Source: a virus | Taxonomy: Duplodnaviria > Heunggongvirae > Uroviricota > Caudoviricetes | Length of the DNA: 64,000 nucleotides | IMG/VR virus record: IMGVR_UViG_3300013121_000010 | Location: 77,903 to 141,902 of that record | Strand: one strand, 5' to 3' | In this document: positions 62,307 to 64,000 of the stretch, one piece after another | How the letters are laid out: every line of letters starts with the position of its first letter | Position numbering within the stretch: the first letter of the stretch is position 1 | Program-made: the position numbers and the translations under genes | Notes under the pieces: model-generated | The model's input: only the letters and a program-made list of their open reading frames with translations | What the model was told of the DNA's origin: nothing | The model's database searches: none

Positions 62307-63407
62307 TCAATGGTATTCAGTACCCCATTTCCTATTCAAATAGTCAAAACTTATATTTTTTAATTGTCTACGACTAAAACATTTATTGTGAGTAATTGCA
62401 CTTTGTTCAAATTTACTTGTAATAACTATACCTTCTCTAATTTGCTCAGGGTATAAAGTAGACTTTCCATCAGTAAGACTTTCTACAATTTCATGACTAA
62501 ATAAACCATCATAAAGTACAGGAACGTGATTTACTCCAAATTGGTTAAATAACTTAATCTTGTTATGATAAGATAGGTATGAGCCATTAAATGTAATATC
62601 AAAAGCAAGGAAATTAACCTCACCATTCTTTAACCCGTAAGTCAAATCTTGAATACCGCTTCCAAACATTTCACCAAATAGTACGGCACCCCTAGGAAGT
62701 TCAGTTTCACTTTCGTATGTAGAACCATCAATTTCATCTATATGTTTATCTATACCAATAAGATGAGCTAGTAAGGCTTTTACATTATCAGTTAGGTGCT
62801 TCCAGTAAACAGACTCTACGCCATTTTTATCAAATCTACGGCGACGTACATTATGAGAACCAGCAGCCCAAGTCCATACACCATCTTCTACTATAAGACC
62901 TAACCTTAAGTTTTGCCCGTGAACCTTTTCCGTTATAATTACACTATCAATACCAGGTTCAAACAGATTTGGGTAGTGCTTATAATTTTCCATATCATAA
63001 TATCTATGAAATAGAGAACAATCACGTTCAGCATCACCGCAAACCTGCTTTACAGGCGGCTCATACTTTTTAATTTCAAGTAAGTTGGCTACATCGTCCC
63101 CCTCTTTCATACTTTTTAATTCTGGACGCAAATCAAGAGACATTACAGCCCCATAAGACTTCTTCCCCCTAAGGTTAGCACAAAGAACACGCCCCTTAGA
63201 AAGATACTTAGTAATCTTCATATCGTCACTAAGTGAACTTGGTAGAATAGAATCTGGTGGGAAATAAACTACTAATTCTCCTTGCTTATGTTTACCTTTA
63301 GGAACACAGCTTTCCCAACCTTTAATGACAGCAACTTCTAAAGAGTCAGCATTAGGATGAGGAACTATCTTATCAATCTTACAAATTTCTACTATTAAAC
63401 TACTCAT
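62307..63407 (-). CDS. RNA ligase (Rnl2/DraRnl-like nucleotidyltransferase) with an N-terminal tRNA-binding-type OB domain
   Basis: N-terminal KIVPHPNADSLEVAVIKG...ELVVYFPPDSI matches the Trbp111/CsaA-type tRNA-binding OB motif; lysine adenylyltransferase motif I TEKVHGQN. Confidence 0.6.
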   Translation of the reverse strand: MSSLIVEICKIDKIVPHPNADSLEVAVIKGWESCVPKGKHKQGELVVYFPPDSILPSSLSDDMKITKYLSKGRVLCANLRGKKSYGAVMSLDLRPELKSMKEGDDVANLLEIKKYEPPVKQVCGDAERDCSLFHRYYDMENYKHYPNLFEPGIDSVIITEKVHGQNLRLGLIVEDGVWTWAAGSHNVRRRRFDKNGVESVYWKHLTDNVKALLAHLIGIDKHIDEIDGSTYESETELPRGAVLFGEMFGSGIQDLTYGLKNGEVNFLAFDITFNGSYLSYHNKIKLFNQFGVNHVPVLYDGLFSHEIVESLTDGKSTLYPEQIREGIVITSKFEQSAITHNKCFSRRQLKNISFDYLNRKWGTEYH

Positions 63408-63631
63408 AAATTATCCTCTATTTCTAATTCATTCAATCTATGTTTTAATAATGAAATATTAATAAATTACCTTCCTATTATATGTCTATTACTTGCTATT
63501 CTTTGACTCTAAAACTTTAATTCTATTTTCCAAACGTACAATATAGTCAAGAAGAAAACCAAAAATGCATGTGGAAATTGCCATGAATATGATTGTTAAA
63601 AGTGTCATAATTAGTGTAGTAAAAACCTTTC

Positions 63632-63877
63632 TTAAGAATTTTTCAATCTTCTTAAATTATAAATCTTAATTTCATTTACACTACTAATATGTTTGTCTGC
63701 TTTATCTAAAACTTCTTCTATAGTTTTACCATAAAACCACTGTTTTTCCCCTTGAAAAGGGCCAAAACCAACACCCCACCCTACCCAATCTTTTAATAAA
63801 ATTCTATTCAAAACAGTACCAGGAATACTATCCCCAAACTTCTTCTCAATACTACATATTCTCTCTACAATAGACAT
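63632..63877 (-). CDS. hypothetical protein
   Basis: ORF only. Confidence 0.3.
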   Translation of the reverse strand: MSIVERICSIEKKFGDSIPGTVLNRILLKDWVGWGVGFGPFQGEKQWFYGKTIEEVLDKADKHISSVNEIKIYNLRRLKNS

Positions 63878-64000
63878 TAGTTAAAAACCCCACCTATAAA
63901 CCAATAAACCTAGTAGTAAGGGATGGGGAGTGAGTGGCTTAACGGTGTTAAATTGTACATTTAAAACAGTAATTGGGGGGAACAGAGAATAAGATGTCAC

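Overview
This window is AT-rich (about 30% GC), densely coded and almost entirely minus-strand. It reads as part of a large T4-like (Tevenvirinae-like) phage genome. The rIIA/rIIB pair is recognisable by direct similarity to the T4 proteins. Also present are PhoH, thymidylate synthase, dCMP deaminase, a class II-type ribonucleotide reductase interrupted by two inteins, RNase H, MazG, NadV plus an NMN adenylyltransferase, several free-standing HNH homing endonucleases, and a very large tRNA array (about 30 tRNA or tRNA-like genes, 37.6-45.6 kb, with smaller clusters at 10.1, 16.7, 26.3 and 27.5 kb). The tRNA anticodons and coordinates given below were folded by eye and are approximate to within a few nt. 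Inside the tRNA region sits a Ro60/Rsr (TROVE plus vWA-MIDAS) orthologue with GC-rich structured non-coding RNA next to it. Several tRNA-like genes carry a non-canonical T-loop (TGC instead of TTC), and two apparently D-arm-less tRNA-Tyr-like paralogues show compensatory base changes. A 100-aa paralogue family with the motif CPIALAIKEK is interleaved with the tRNAs. A family of near-perfect sigma70 promoters (TTGACA-17-TATAAT), each with its own GC-rich dyad in the spacer, lies upstream of the tRNAs. Other notable content: an intein inside NadV, an RNA-ligase / metallophosphoesterase / macro-domain set, and an unusual set of secreted or periplasmic proteins (DUF1501, CxxCH proteins, a matrixin-like protease with a cysteine switch, a periplasmic thioredoxin, an SPFH lipoprotein).
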